A stretch of 64,000 bases of DNA from Desulfomicrobium sp. (GCA_040768745.1 JAXGMI010000001.1:1312001-1376000); one strand, 5' to 3'; positions 21,701-30,889 are shown, numbered from the stretch's first letter. Made by a program: numbers and translations. Notes: a model not told the origin generated them from the letters alone.

Positions 21701-24287
21701 TCTCGGCCGTGGCCCCGATGCCCTGACAGGTGCAGGTCATGCGCACCGAGAGGGGCCCCGTGGACTGCACATGGGTCTGGGCGTCGTCGCGCCGGATGGG
21801 GCGGCAGCCCAGGGTCCAGGTCTCGTCCCCCTCGCGCAGGTAGAGGAATTTCCCGGCGTTGTGGGCCCGGGACGTGGCCCTGTTGGTCAGGTCGTATTCC
21901 GCCCCGTGGCGCACGGCGCTGAAGACGCGGCTGTAGCCCCGGCCGTCCCGGCCCTGGACCACGGTGTAGACCCCGTTGTGCAGGACGATTTCGTCCGGCG
22001 GGCAGAACCCGGGAGGCCGCAGGCCGCATGCCACGCATGCCACGCGGGCCTCGCCCCTGGGCTTGCGGGCCGAGGGGCGAGGCCACAGGGCCGCCACGGC
22101 GATGGCGGCGCAGAAGAGGAGCAGGAGCACGGCCAGGGCGGAAACCTGCCCCTGGCCGGTCTTCTGGATGGCTTCGGACGTGTCCCAGACGTGGGCCCAG
22201 TCCGCGCCCTGGGGCAGGAAGAAGGGGATGAGCAGCGGGGCCCAGGTGGCGAAGCGGCGCAGGGCCTCGGGGATGCAGCGGGCCCGGCCAGGATGGCCCT
22301 GGAAGCGGGCCAGGAGTTCATCCAGGGCGTCGCCGCCCACAAAGGACAGGTTGACCAGGGTGGCCACGCGCAGGCCCATGTGGTCGAACCAGATGAGGAC
22401 GCGCACCCAATCGTAGGCCAGGAGGTACATGAAGGTTTGGATGCTCCAGCCCCGGAAGGCCTCTGGGCTGAGGGTGATGTTCTGCCAGATGGCGGCCACC
22501 GTCCGCACGGCCCCGTCCTGGTTGTACCAGGTCGGGTCTCCGGAAATGCGCAGCAGGGAGTAGATGACCGGGGCCATCCACAGACCCCAGCGCAGGACGC
22601 GCACGGTCTGCTCGGCCACGCCCACGAGCCCCTGTCGGCTGAAGAGCATGCGCACCGGGTCCAGGCTGCGGGCGAAGAGGGCCGTCAGGAAGAAGAAGTT
22701 CACGCTGAAGAGCGGGGCGGCCAGGGACCAGTTGATCACCCCGGACACGGACTCGTTGTACAGGATGCGGGCGCTGCCCGTGTGCGGGCCGAGGTTCATG
22801 GCCCCCCATTTGCTGAACAGGGGATAGATGATGTAGTCGTGCGGGTTGCCCAGGCGCAGGGTGACGTAGAGCCGGAACTTCTCCACCACCACGGCGCTCT
22901 GGGTCGGGTCCACGTACCAGGAGATGGCCCCGCCCACGAACCCGCCCAGCAGTGCGCCGGTCAGGCTGACCCGCCAGGACTGGAAATGGCTGCGCCGGCC
23001 GCGGAGCATGTCCAGGCAGTCCATGGCCACGTTGGCCCCGGCATAGGCCACGGCCCCCATCAGCACCCCGAGCAGGAAGCGGTCCAGGGGGGCCTTGTGG
23101 ATGAAGACCGTCACGGGGATGATGTACATGCCCAGGCCCAGGATGGCCCCGCGCAGGTACAGGTGCGGTTGCAGGTAGCTGTTCATGAGCCGGAAGTGGA
23201 AGGGTTTGCTCCCGTCAAAGGACTCCAGGATTGTCTTGGCCAGGGGCATGAATCCTGCAGCCAGCAGGACGTGGCCCAGGAGGGGCTGGACCTGGTGCAC
23301 GGCCAGGAGCAGGGGCGAGGCGACCATGGTCTCGACCGTGAACATGAGGCCCAGGAACAGGGCGCTGTAGGTGGAGCCCTTGACCAGGCCGTCCTTGAAG
23401 GAGCGGGCGCCCCAGTACCCGGCCGGCCGCCGGCCCTTCATGGCGTCCATCAGCAGGCCGGTCATGACAAACGTCTCGGCCCACAGCCCGGCCTGGGCCA
23501 CGGCCACGCAGAGGATGGCGGCCAGGACGCCCAGCCCCAGGGGAAGGGCGGCCACGTCCTGGGAGGAGCCCATGTCCGCCAGCAGGGGGCTCAGGCCGGC
23601 CAGGAAGGCCGAGGACAGCAGCAGGAGGTAGGACTTGAGTTCGCGGGGCACCGTGCGCACGCACAGGGCGTTGAGCAGGATGGCCGTGGCGCAGTTGAAC
23701 CCGGCCAGGATCAAGACCCGTCCGGCCAGCTCCTGGCCGCGCCAGGTCAGCAGCCCGGCACCGGGCAGGGCCGCGCCCATCTGCTGGACCATGGCCGGGG
23801 CCTGCAGGATCAGGAGCCAGTTGAAGATCAGGGGTGCGGCCAGCAGTCCGGCCTGGGCCAGGAGGGACGGATGCCGCCCGGTCTTGCCCAGGCACACGGC
23901 CAGCAGGATGATGTGGGCCAGGGCCAGGAAGGTGGCGCACAGGGGGCTGACGTGCAGGAGGTCGGACCATGCTGCCGGGGCCTGCCAGATGTCCACGCCC
24001 TGGTGGCTGGCCAGGGTCAGCAGGAAGGGTATGGCTGCGTCGCGGAAGGCCTCGGACAGGGACAGGGCGCGGCGCGCAACGGACTTGGCGAGGATCAGGG
24101 CGCTGGCCAGGCCCATGAGACCGGCCAGGAGGGCCGGACCAGTCGTCTGGTTCAGGAGGGGAAGATGCAGGGGCCAGGTCGCGATGCCTCCGTGCACCAG
24201 GGGGGTGGCACAGCCAAAGAGGACCAGGGCGGAGCAGAAGACAATCCGGGACGGTAGGGGAAGGGTCGCATAGGGAGATAGGTTCAC
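18750..24287 (-). CDS. Large polytopic membrane protein fused to a GH94 (former GT36) glycoside phosphorylase region resembling the cyclic beta-1,2-glucan synthase C-terminus
   Basis: C-terminal GAYGFRDQLQD, GLPLMGTHDWNDGLN, YPPGVRENGAQYSH, GRGGWSWYTG. Two GH94N-like segments. About 720 hydrophobic N-terminal residues. GTG start. Confidence 0.88.
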   Translation of the reverse strand: MNLSPYATLPLPSRIVFCSALVLFGCATPLVHGGIATWPLHLPLLNQTTGPALLAGLMGLASALILAKSVARRALSLSEAFRDAAIPFLLTLASHQGVDIWQAPAAWSDLLHVSPLCATFLALAHIILLAVCLGKTGRHPSLLAQAGLLAAPLIFNWLLILQAPAMVQQMGAALPGAGLLTWRGQELAGRVLILAGFNCATAILLNALCVRTVPRELKSYLLLLSSAFLAGLSPLLADMGSSQDVAALPLGLGVLAAILCVAVAQAGLWAETFVMTGLLMDAMKGRRPAGYWGARSFKDGLVKGSTYSALFLGLMFTVETMVASPLLLAVHQVQPLLGHVLLAAGFMPLAKTILESFDGSKPFHFRLMNSYLQPHLYLRGAILGLGMYIIPVTVFIHKAPLDRFLLGVLMGAVAYAGANVAMDCLDMLRGRRSHFQSWRVSLTGALLGGFVGGAISWYVDPTQSAVVVEKFRLYVTLRLGNPHDYIIYPLFSKWGAMNLGPHTGSARILYNESVSGVINWSLAAPLFSVNFFFLTALFARSLDPVRMLFSRQGLVGVAEQTVRVLRWGLWMAPVIYSLLRISGDPTWYNQDGAVRTVAAIWQNITLSPEAFRGWSIQTFMYLLAYDWVRVLIWFDHMGLRVATLVNLSFVGGDALDELLARFQGHPGRARCIPEALRRFATWAPLLIPFFLPQGADWAHVWDTSEAIQKTGQGQVSALAVLLLLFCAAIAVAALWPRPSARKPRGEARVACVACGLRPPGFCPPDEIVLHNGVYTVVQGRDGRGYSRVFSAVRHGAEYDLTNRATSRAHNAGKFLYLREGDETWTLGCRPIRRDDAQTHVQSTGPLSVRMTCTCQGIGATAEIDLPENLTAEVCRLRLTNHTDRARSLELSTYREVCLNDRNPHLRHPFYNRQHIATWFVAEVGAVFARNRIVKTAEPDPRRRRPSPEVYFHAASVPPGFEAQARIVGYQDSRNRFIGDDSLRDPAGLSAPARSLDDLDLHYTFDPIASLRLAVDLEPGQVVDLVLVDGYAPSAEEGTALLQDLLALPEAPVVVHPTTPRGPIREIAEPSLADMLHPAPTDEFRFSEDGRELHVGWRTPRRWAHLMANELGYGTLVTNDGAMSSFMGNSQQNALTPFSPDPLTTQNPGQIFYLRNAATGELTSPTFVPFRERDAGYDITFGPGYCVFGKKQRCIETELTAFVLHDQPVEARVLRIANTGDRPVTYTVTYFAQMILAEVASDSLGLIQAEADQTLGALFFCRQDNSFHRGCAFVFSSLALTVTETSLSRFLGEGRDFEDPYMVDCGCPDTGMDDDGYRAAALSGTITIPARSEACMHVLLGQEADVPACRERIASLSRIGDVLLALERTKTWWRDVLDVMQVETTSPALDRLVNCWLPYQTLTARLWGRLGPQQRGGAYGFRDQLQDVLPLILLRPEQAREQILLHARQQFRDGDVLQWWHQTWDGKTGLGMRNRASDPHLWLPYLTCRYVTCSGDSAILDEEVPFLEGLRIPRDEEGIAFTPRVSRDSASLYEHCRRAMDLTLSRLGASGLPLMGTHDWNDGLNAVGPGGKGTSVWLGFFLYDVLRTMIPLVEAREGQDRSDQYRDHAARLQGALQRAWRGDHFLRAVTDRGEILDYVDALCSAWPLLSGAVEQAQGAAALMTGLGALEKENMVLLLTPFFDESSSPYPGRIADYPPGVRENGAQYSHGASWMVDALTLLATSASRAGDAAQAELWRRHALRVWLKISPLAHALAGEVQIYGLPPHQQPADIFSGPGYAGRGGWSWYTGAAARMLWAAYGLLGIGMEGGRPCLNQSLLRANGHLRVRSVRLRGEVIFSCEEEESG

Positions 24288-24488
24288 GCAGGTTCCGGTC
24301 AGGCTGAGGGTCAGTTGGTCAGGGCAAACGGCGCTGGGCGTTGCGCCTGGGTGCGGCCATGAGGTTCCTTCTTGGCATCAGAGGCCGGGGAATTCAAGGG
24401 TTGCAGCATTGTCATTCTGTATTTGCGTTCACCTTGCGTGCGTAGGGATGGGAACGTCCAATATGTGCAGACGCCAGGGAGAACAATT

Positions 24489-24523
24489 CTGGAAAGGCGG
24501 GGGAACATTCCCCGCCTTTCCAG
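24489..24523 (-). terminator. Stem-loop/terminator downstream of pilY1
   Basis: CTGGAAAGGCGGGG...CCCCGCCTTTCCAG perfect 14-bp stem. Confidence 0.65.
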
Positions 24524-24571
24524 TTCAATAGTGGTCGTCGTGATCGCAATATGCAGGTCAACCTGTCCTGA

Positions 24572-27500
24572 TCACCTCCTCAACCAGAATAGAGGACCAG
24601 ATTTGACGGATAGAGGGGTGCTGAGTTCGATAGTCTCAATGGCTCCTGTACTTGATTGGATGAAGGCGGTTGGGCCGTCTTCACCAACATGCAAGTTCGG
24701 GGTGAGGGCCATGCCCTTGCCAAGATTGCCGAAGGTGCTGAGGGTGTCCCCGCTGGCCCCGAGAATGGGTAGGTAGAAGGCGGTTCCCGTTTTATAGAAC
24801 AGGGCCCAGAGGTTGCTGGTCCCTTCAAAGGAACATACATCGCTGGATGGCAGGTAGGTTGTGAAGATGACGGCTCCGCCGAGAACGGCGGCCTGTCCCA
24901 GGACCCTTTCCCGGGCGGGAACGAAATCCTGCCTCCAACCCGGAGTGCCCGCTACCGCGTCGAGCAGATTCTGCCAGCTTCCTGGCGCAGAACCGCCTGT
25001 CAACAAGGATCCTCCTTTGTATACCTGGACGCAATTAATGTCGTTGATGCCCCCGCAGGTGCTGTTGTTCAGGATGACGTCCGTGCTGTTGTAGAGGGCT
25101 GAAGAGTTGACTGTCGCCCAGGTCTTGTTTCCACCGGATTCAGGTTCTTTGACTCCATAGAAGCTCATGTGGGCGGCCTGGGGGATGTCGTCGCGGTTGA
25201 AGAACCGGCCCGTGCCGAAGTAGACCCAAAGCCGTTTTGTTTCGTCCATGGCGACGGAAGGCGCGGCCGTGACGGGCTGGCCGACGTTGATGAGGGTGGA
25301 TGTCGACCAGGACATAGGGGCCAGGTTGTCGTTGTTGGTTAAAAGCCGGTACATCTTTCCCTGTCCGTTAGTCTGGTCTCCGGCCACCGTTCCGAAGTAG
25401 ACTACGTCAGTCTTGAATTCCTCGGGACTGGCATAGGGACCGATGTTGAGATCGACAGATATGGGGTCGGAAACGAAGGATCCCGCCTCAGTGGAGTTGA
25501 AGACAGCGCCTCCAGTGACGACATTGCCGGCACTGTTGATGCTTTTGACCGTTTTTTCGGCAACCAGCGCTTTCAGGTCAAGGACAAACAGTTTGCCCGC
25601 CTGGTCACTGGTTTCCACAGAAAGCTTGAGCCTGGAGGCGTCGCCGGTTGAACTGGCCGGACCTGAGCCGAAGACGAGATACCATTGATTGGCCGCCGCC
25701 GTGTTGGCGTTGCGCGCAGTCATGGGCATGACTGTCGGGTAGCAGGTGGTGAAGCCCTGCCCGGGCATGGTGATTTCGCCGAGGAGGGTCGGAGCCTGTT
25801 CAGGGTTGGTAATGTCCATGATGACATAGGCCGAGGTCAGTGTTCGATCGGTGCCTGTGTTCAAGGCGTTGCCGTCGGTCTTGTCAATGTCCGCTTCGAT
25901 CTTGCCGCCGCCGAGACGCATGCCAGCCACGAGGATCGTGCCCCATCCGTCGGGATGGGTGGCGTTGTTCATGGGCGTGACTCCGTCAGATTGGAAGAAA
26001 ACCCGGGCATCAAAGACTCGGGGTTTCAGATCAATGTACGCGACATGGAGGTTTTCTCCGTACTCGGGATTCATGAGCCATTTGAGGTGGGGGAGCAGGT
26101 TGTAGGGGACATAGGCCCAGACCTCCATGCCGAGGTCAAAATTGGTTTCCCCGTTGGGGGAGGTGAAGAAGGCTTTTTGGGTGCTGTTGTAGAATCCTCC
26201 GTTGAAGGCGTGGAGCATTCCGTCGTTGGCGCCGGCATACACCATCAGCCTGCGGTTCATGTATTTTTTGAAGAAACCTTCATAGGTCTTGTCCTGGTAG
26301 ATCAGGTGGTAGTTTTCAGCGGGCTTGTCCACAACGGTGGGCGAGGAGAAGATGATGTCGCCAAGCCGCCAAGGGTTGCCGTTCAAGCTGCGGCTTCGTA
26401 CGGTGTCCGGAATTCCTGAAACAGTGGAGTTGCCCACGTCCTTGCCCCGGATGAACTCGACTTGTCTTCGGGCCAGGGTGGCCTGATAGGTTGCGAAGGA
26501 GGTGGGGTTGGTGTTCCGCAAAGTGTTTATGGAACTCTGGACTGTGTTGGTCAGGTCCAGGCTGATGCTACCTGAACTCGATTCATAGAGGGTCAGATAG
26601 TTGTAGAAGTGATCCGCCGAGTTCAGGATTGTGGGGTTGCTTGGCAGGGCGAAGTCTTGAATCTCCCCGTTCCCGTAGTCCGCGACCATGTTGTTGTTCT
26701 TGTCGACGAAGGTAAAGATGTACCTATTGGATGCAGCGGTGTCATAGCTGGTCCGTTGCGAAATGGCCTGGGCGTCGGACAGACTATTGAGCCAAGTGCT
26801 CGTGGACCAGAGGAAGTTGATGTCGTTAATGGAATCTAGCGCGGTGAGATTTGTTTCGTTGTTGCTGATAACGGAATCCCCGTTGGTGTCGGTGTGGGCG
26901 TAAATGAGCTCTTCATCGAACTGGATGACTTTGTCCGCGAGTAGGTCGAGCCTTTTGTTGCCGTTGGTGTCCTCTCGCATGTTGCCGCGGGCGTCGAGCA
27001 GATAGGCGTGGATTTGCCCTGACCAGTAAGGGGCGATCTGGTTGACGTTGGTCGGAGGGAAGAACAGGGCCTGATAGACGCCGCCCTCGCCGCTGCGGGT
27101 CTGAGAGGTCACCGCTGCGGCCGTGCCCGAGGCGATGCTTGCCGTGGCCAGTTGGAAGGCCTGGAAGATGGACGCTTCGAGTTCCTGGCCGGTTTCGGCC
27201 TCGAAGTAGTTGTCTGGCATGCCGTCGCCGTCCGTGTCATATTCATTTTGCAGGTCCGGGAGGTTGTTGCCGTTGGAGTCGACGAATCTTCCGTAACGTG
27301 CCGCATCCCGCAATAGAGTGCTTCCCCGGCCAAAGGCGAAGACGGCATAGAAATCGACATTCTGGGTTCCCTGAAGATCGGAGCGCAAATCAGTGGTTTG
27401 CCCCCAATGGGCGACATCGATTAAGTATGGAGATCCATTATCAGAAAGAGAATAGGTATGGGGTTTGGGGTTGACCCTGTTGCGAATTGAAGACGGGATG

Positions 27501-28495
27501 GCCTGATCCTGAGTGCTTTCACCGTCTGTGATCAGGATGACGTTCTGTTGGGTGCAATGCACGTCTTGTCCCAAGGCGGGGAAATAATAGGGATCATTTG
27601 TTGTAGATGTCGCATAGCTTGTGTTATACAAGTACCGTGGTCCATATGTTCCACCTACAGTGTCTTGTTTTATATATCCATATACTGTGTATAGAGATTC
27701 AGCCAAAGGTGTCCATGTTGTTGGGTCGACTGTGTTGACTGTGTTGATAAGATTGTTCAGAGTATTGACATCTTCACTCATGTAGTGTCTCACCTGTGCT
27801 CCATCGTCGTAGTCATAAACAAAAAGAGCCATGCGAGACTTGTCTTTAAATGCATGCAAAACTCCTTCTTTTGAAGGTCCTTGTACGCGCATTCTAAATG
27901 ATCTATCTGCCCATGAAGAATATGAGTATGTTTTAGTTTCCATACTCATAGTTTGTGAGCTTGGTTCATGGTCTATATATCTGAGTGATGCATATGGGGT
28001 CATTTTTTTTGTGTCGCCGTTTAAATCAACTACAGCATTATCAACATAGCTGAAAGAATCTACTCTATTTGCTGAATCTTGATTTTCAATCCAATAGTAC
28101 CCACTATTATAATTTCCACCTCCTAGCACTTTTCGCGCGACGTCGCATCTGTGCATTGTGGCCCAATTCAGCCAATTGCCGTTCCAAGTCCCTGTGGCAT
28201 TGTTCGGCTGAAAATATGATGTTGAACTATATGTATAGTACGTCCGAGGATCGAAATATCCGTAGTATTCCCGTGATGAATTGAATGATTCAGTATAAGC
28301 TCTCTGGAGCATACTGCCGGAGTTATCCAATATGATGATGATGGACGGCTTCTCATCTCTGGCCAGAAAGGGTGGGATCCAGTTAAAGTCGGTGGCCTTG
28401 TATGCGAGAAGAGGCTGGGACAGGAAGACGCAGGCTGTCAGAATCAGGCTGCAAAAAAGGGCCTTATTCGCAAACGATCTGTATCTCATAGACAT
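24572..28495 (-). CDS. pilY1: Type IV pilus tip adhesin PilY1 (vWA + beta-propeller)
   Basis: Signal peptide; MIDAS elements LDNSGSM, TPLAESL, ITDGE; LGDIIFSSP, YAGANDGMLHAF, WAYVPYNLLPHLKWL, VYFGTGRFF. Confidence 0.92.
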   Translation of the reverse strand: MSMRYRSFANKALFCSLILTACVFLSQPLLAYKATDFNWIPPFLARDEKPSIIIILDNSGSMLQRAYTESFNSSREYYGYFDPRTYYTYSSTSYFQPNNATGTWNGNWLNWATMHRCDVARKVLGGGNYNSGYYWIENQDSANRVDSFSYVDNAVVDLNGDTKKMTPYASLRYIDHEPSSQTMSMETKTYSYSSWADRSFRMRVQGPSKEGVLHAFKDKSRMALFVYDYDDGAQVRHYMSEDVNTLNNLINTVNTVDPTTWTPLAESLYTVYGYIKQDTVGGTYGPRYLYNTSYATSTTNDPYYFPALGQDVHCTQQNVILITDGESTQDQAIPSSIRNRVNPKPHTYSLSDNGSPYLIDVAHWGQTTDLRSDLQGTQNVDFYAVFAFGRGSTLLRDAARYGRFVDSNGNNLPDLQNEYDTDGDGMPDNYFEAETGQELEASIFQAFQLATASIASGTAAAVTSQTRSGEGGVYQALFFPPTNVNQIAPYWSGQIHAYLLDARGNMREDTNGNKRLDLLADKVIQFDEELIYAHTDTNGDSVISNNETNLTALDSINDINFLWSTSTWLNSLSDAQAISQRTSYDTAASNRYIFTFVDKNNNMVADYGNGEIQDFALPSNPTILNSADHFYNYLTLYESSSGSISLDLTNTVQSSINTLRNTNPTSFATYQATLARRQVEFIRGKDVGNSTVSGIPDTVRSRSLNGNPWRLGDIIFSSPTVVDKPAENYHLIYQDKTYEGFFKKYMNRRLMVYAGANDGMLHAFNGGFYNSTQKAFFTSPNGETNFDLGMEVWAYVPYNLLPHLKWLMNPEYGENLHVAYIDLKPRVFDARVFFQSDGVTPMNNATHPDGWGTILVAGMRLGGGKIEADIDKTDGNALNTGTDRTLTSAYVIMDITNPEQAPTLLGEITMPGQGFTTCYPTVMPMTARNANTAAANQWYLVFGSGPASSTGDASRLKLSVETSDQAGKLFVLDLKALVAEKTVKSINSAGNVVTGGAVFNSTEAGSFVSDPISVDLNIGPYASPEEFKTDVVYFGTVAGDQTNGQGKMYRLLTNNDNLAPMSWSTSTLINVGQPVTAAPSVAMDETKRLWVYFGTGRFFNRDDIPQAAHMSFYGVKEPESGGNKTWATVNSSALYNSTDVILNNSTCGGINDINCVQVYKGGSLLTGGSAPGSWQNLLDAVAGTPGWRQDFVPARERVLGQAAVLGGAVIFTTYLPSSDVCSFEGTSNLWALFYKTGTAFYLPILGASGDTLSTFGNLGKGMALTPNLHVGEDGPTAFIQSSTGAIETIELSTPLSVKSGPLFWLRR

Positions 28496-28781
28496 GGAAA
28501 CCCCCGTTTTGATCTGTAGCGTTCGTGCAGCGGACCACGGCCTTCACGTTGTCCATGTGTTCCTTGAGCGTTCCAGGTCTTTCTCCGCAATCGAGGATCG
28601 TGGCATTTGACGGAATGGATTTGGTCAATCCATCCTCCTGGCGGGTCACGACCCATTCGCCTCGATGTTGCAGGACCCATGTTCCGCTGCAAGGATTGAA
28701 TTTTTCAATTTCCCGCTCTTCGGATAAAACTGATCCTGCAAAAAGTAATGCTGCTAAGGCAGTTAGAAGTGCTGTGCGCAT
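28464..28781 (-). CDS. Small exported 4-Cys protein in the pilus cluster (PilY2-like by size and context)
   Basis: GGAG RBS, MRTALLTALAALLFAG signal peptide, 105 aa. Overlaps the pilY1 start. Confidence 0.7.
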   Translation of the reverse strand: MRTALLTALAALLFAGSVLSEEREIEKFNPCSGTWVLQHRGEWVVTRQEDGLTKSIPSNATILDCGERPGTLKEHMDNVKAVVRCTNATDQNGGFHVYEIQIVCE

Positions 28782-28819
28782 GGCGTCTCCGTCAGGGGCG
28801 TTTGATGTATTGAATCGGT

Positions 28820-29371
28820 TCAGTAGTTGATGTGTCTCCATCCCAAATCCACCTCAGCCACGCTGTTCCTGCGGCCCTCACGGTGGGCACGGATGAGGTA
28901 GTTTGTGAAGGTCCCGCCACCTGCGGCGCCCTTGCCTACCCCTTCATATCCCGCTCCGATCTGCATGGCGGAGCCTTCGAGCACGCCACTGTCAAGAAAG
29001 CCTGCGCGGACATACGTGGCCATGGCGCCGTATGGATACCAGGTTGTGGTGTAGTCCGTGGAGTTGAAATCGGTGCTGTTTTGCCACGTGTTGGCATCAG
29101 TGGAATTTGTTCCGTCACTGTAGAAGGTTGAATTGCCCGTTTCTATCGCTTCCTCCAGGAATTCATGTCCCACATTGACGCCAGAGTCGGCGTGAAAAAA
29201 CGATTCCTTGGTGTCGCGATCGTTGGCCGAGATGAAAATGTTGAGTTCAGCTACATCCAGGGACGCCAGGGCAAGGGCGCCGAGAATGGCCAGCACGATC
29301 ATGGCCACGACGAGGGCGGAGCCGGACTGACCCGACATGCGTTTAGTATTTGGGGGAATAGACATAGACAT
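28820..29371 (-). CDS. pilX: Minor pilin PilX-like
   Basis: QSG|SALVVAMIVLAIL class III signal lacking Glu5; ISAN...SFFHADSG. Start may be ATG 29338. Confidence 0.85.
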   Translation of the reverse strand: MSMSIPPNTKRMSGQSGSALVVAMIVLAILGALALASLDVAELNIFISANDRDTKESFFHADSGVNVGHEFLEEAIETGNSTFYSDGTNSTDANTWQNSTDFNSTDYTTTWYPYGAMATYVRAGFLDSGVLEGSAMQIGAGYEGVGKGAAGGGTFTNYLIRAHREGRRNSVAEVDLGWRHINY

Positions 29372-29747
29372 ACTGGGTGCTCGCTTGCAGGCCCTTGTTG
29401 TTCCAGGACAGGATGCAGGTCATTTCCTTGCATTTGTCTATGGGGGTGTTGTCGACCAGGCTGCAGTTCAGGGTGTATGCAATGCCGTCAATAGTGGTGC
29501 TGGCCGACAAACCGGTCATGTCCCGGAAGTTTTGTCCATTGTACTGCATGCGGGTGGCGTTTTCCAGGAACTCCTCAACCATCAGGCTCGCACGGGTGGT
29601 ATAGTAGGCGCGGCTGTCCTGTGTGGTGGACTGGGAGATCACGGTAGCCACCCCCATGAGGCCGACGGCCAGGATGGCTGACGCCACCAGGGTTTCCACC
29701 AAGGTAAAGCCATGGTCTTGGGTGATCGCCGATTTCAGTTTCAGCAT
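29343..29747 (-). CDS. pilV: Minor pilin PilV-like
   Basis: DHG|FTLVETLVASAILAVGLMG prepilin motif. Confidence 0.82.
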   Translation of the reverse strand: MLKLKSAITQDHGFTLVETLVASAILAVGLMGVATVISQSTTQDSRAYYTTRASLMVEEFLENATRMQYNGQNFRDMTGLSASTTIDGIAYTLNCSLVDNTPIDKCKEMTCILSWNNKGLQASTQYVYVYSPKY

Positions 29748-29757
29748 CTGCTTCCCT

Positions 29758-30351
29758 TTAGAGCCCCATGTTTCGGCAGAATACACGGGTGCTCATGGTG
29801 CGGTTTGGGATATTCAGGGACGATCTTTCAGCTGCTGCCGTCGCAGTAGCGTTTATTTCTACGAACCTGATGGTGTCGATGGTAGTGGCTGTAGGGACGA
29901 ATGCTGTTCCATCAGCATTGAAGTAGGTCAAAGTTAATCCATCGATATCGCGTGCAGTTGAATTCCAGGATCCTTCTTCTTCCTCGAACACTTCAATGAT
30001 GTTGCCGGACAATCTGTATGCGAATTGTTCCCTGTCTGTGCTATTTGCATCGACAATGCCGTTTCTGTTTGTGTCGCTTGTACAAAAAATTGAAGTTGCA
30101 TCTGTGCTTGTGCTGTTGAATCCAAAAGACCCTCCATTCGGAGTGTAGCCGCACATACGGATATCGTCAGCCATTTGGACAATGACAGAGAGCAACTCCT
30201 GCTGCATGCGGGTCGTTTCCTCCTGCTTGGCAGCCATGAGGTTGTGCACGCGGAACAGGTTGTAGAGCCCGGTGACCACGATTCCCAATATGACCATGCC
30301 CACCAGAAGTTCCACTATGGTCAGGCCGGATTGGTTGCGCTGTTCAGGCAT
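29758..30351 (-). CDS. pilW: Minor pilin PilW-like (copy 1)
   Basis: QSG|LTIVELLVGM; MADDIRMCGY; C-terminal RVFCRN. Confidence 0.85.
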   Translation of the reverse strand: MPEQRNQSGLTIVELLVGMVILGIVVTGLYNLFRVHNLMAAKQEETTRMQQELLSVIVQMADDIRMCGYTPNGGSFGFNSTSTDATSIFCTSDTNRNGIVDANSTDREQFAYRLSGNIIEVFEEEEGSWNSTARDIDGLTLTYFNADGTAFVPTATTIDTIRFVEINATATAAAERSSLNIPNRTMSTRVFCRNMGL

Positions 30352-30368
30352 TCAAGGGTCTCCTTCTT

Positions 30369-30845
30369 TTAGTTGGTCACGATGCTGCCTGAGGGCCGGA
30401 CGGTTATGGTCAGCGTCTTTTCTGCGTTATTCTTGATGGGTATGGAGCCGGAATTTGATGCCCGGCCGCGGCTGGTAAAATTGGTGTTGAGGGATCCGGT
30501 GAGGTGGACGCCGCTTTGCAAGGTCGAGAGGTCAAAACGCCGCAGTGATGTGCCTGTAGAATCAACCCGTGTTTCACAGCTATTGGTGGTGCTGTTGCAG
30601 TCGAATGAAATATCTTGGTTGCGCTTGATGGCCTCGATGCGGGCGTCCTGGCACATGCTGACGATGGTCCGGGCCGCGCGCTTCAGGTTGGCCTGGGGGA
30701 TCCATTTCATCAGTGCCGTGCCGGAAAGCCCGGCCAGCAAGGCGATGACGCCTACGATCACCAGGACCTCCACCAGGGTGAAGCCTTTTTGGCGGGCGTC
30801 CCGGGGACCGGGGCGGGCGGTGCGCGGAAATATCCGGATCTTCAT
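30369..30845 (-). CDS. Minor pilin FimT/FimU (GspH-like)
   Basis: QKG|FTLVEVLVI; ARIEAIKRN; FTSRG; ITVRPSGSI. Confidence 0.85.
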   Translation of the reverse strand: MKIRIFPRTARPGPRDARQKGFTLVEVLVIVGVIALLAGLSGTALMKWIPQANLKRAARTIVSMCQDARIEAIKRNQDISFDCNSTTNSCETRVDSTGTSLRRFDLSTLQSGVHLTGSLNTNFTSRGRASNSGSIPIKNNAEKTLTITVRPSGSIVTN

Positions 30846-30889
30846 GATGGTGCGGGGGGTGAGAATTTTTTTCTGACAGGGTAGCTGCT

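Noticed and set aside
18819..24257. 1812-aa ORF antisense to the GH94 fusion
   Set aside because: Shadow frame of a gene with very high GC3. The translation is G/Q/A/H-rich with no motifs, while the minus strand has clear catalytic motifs.
24311..24508. 65-aa ORF between pilY1 and the GH94 gene
   Set aside because: Starts inside a terminator stem and has no recognisable features.
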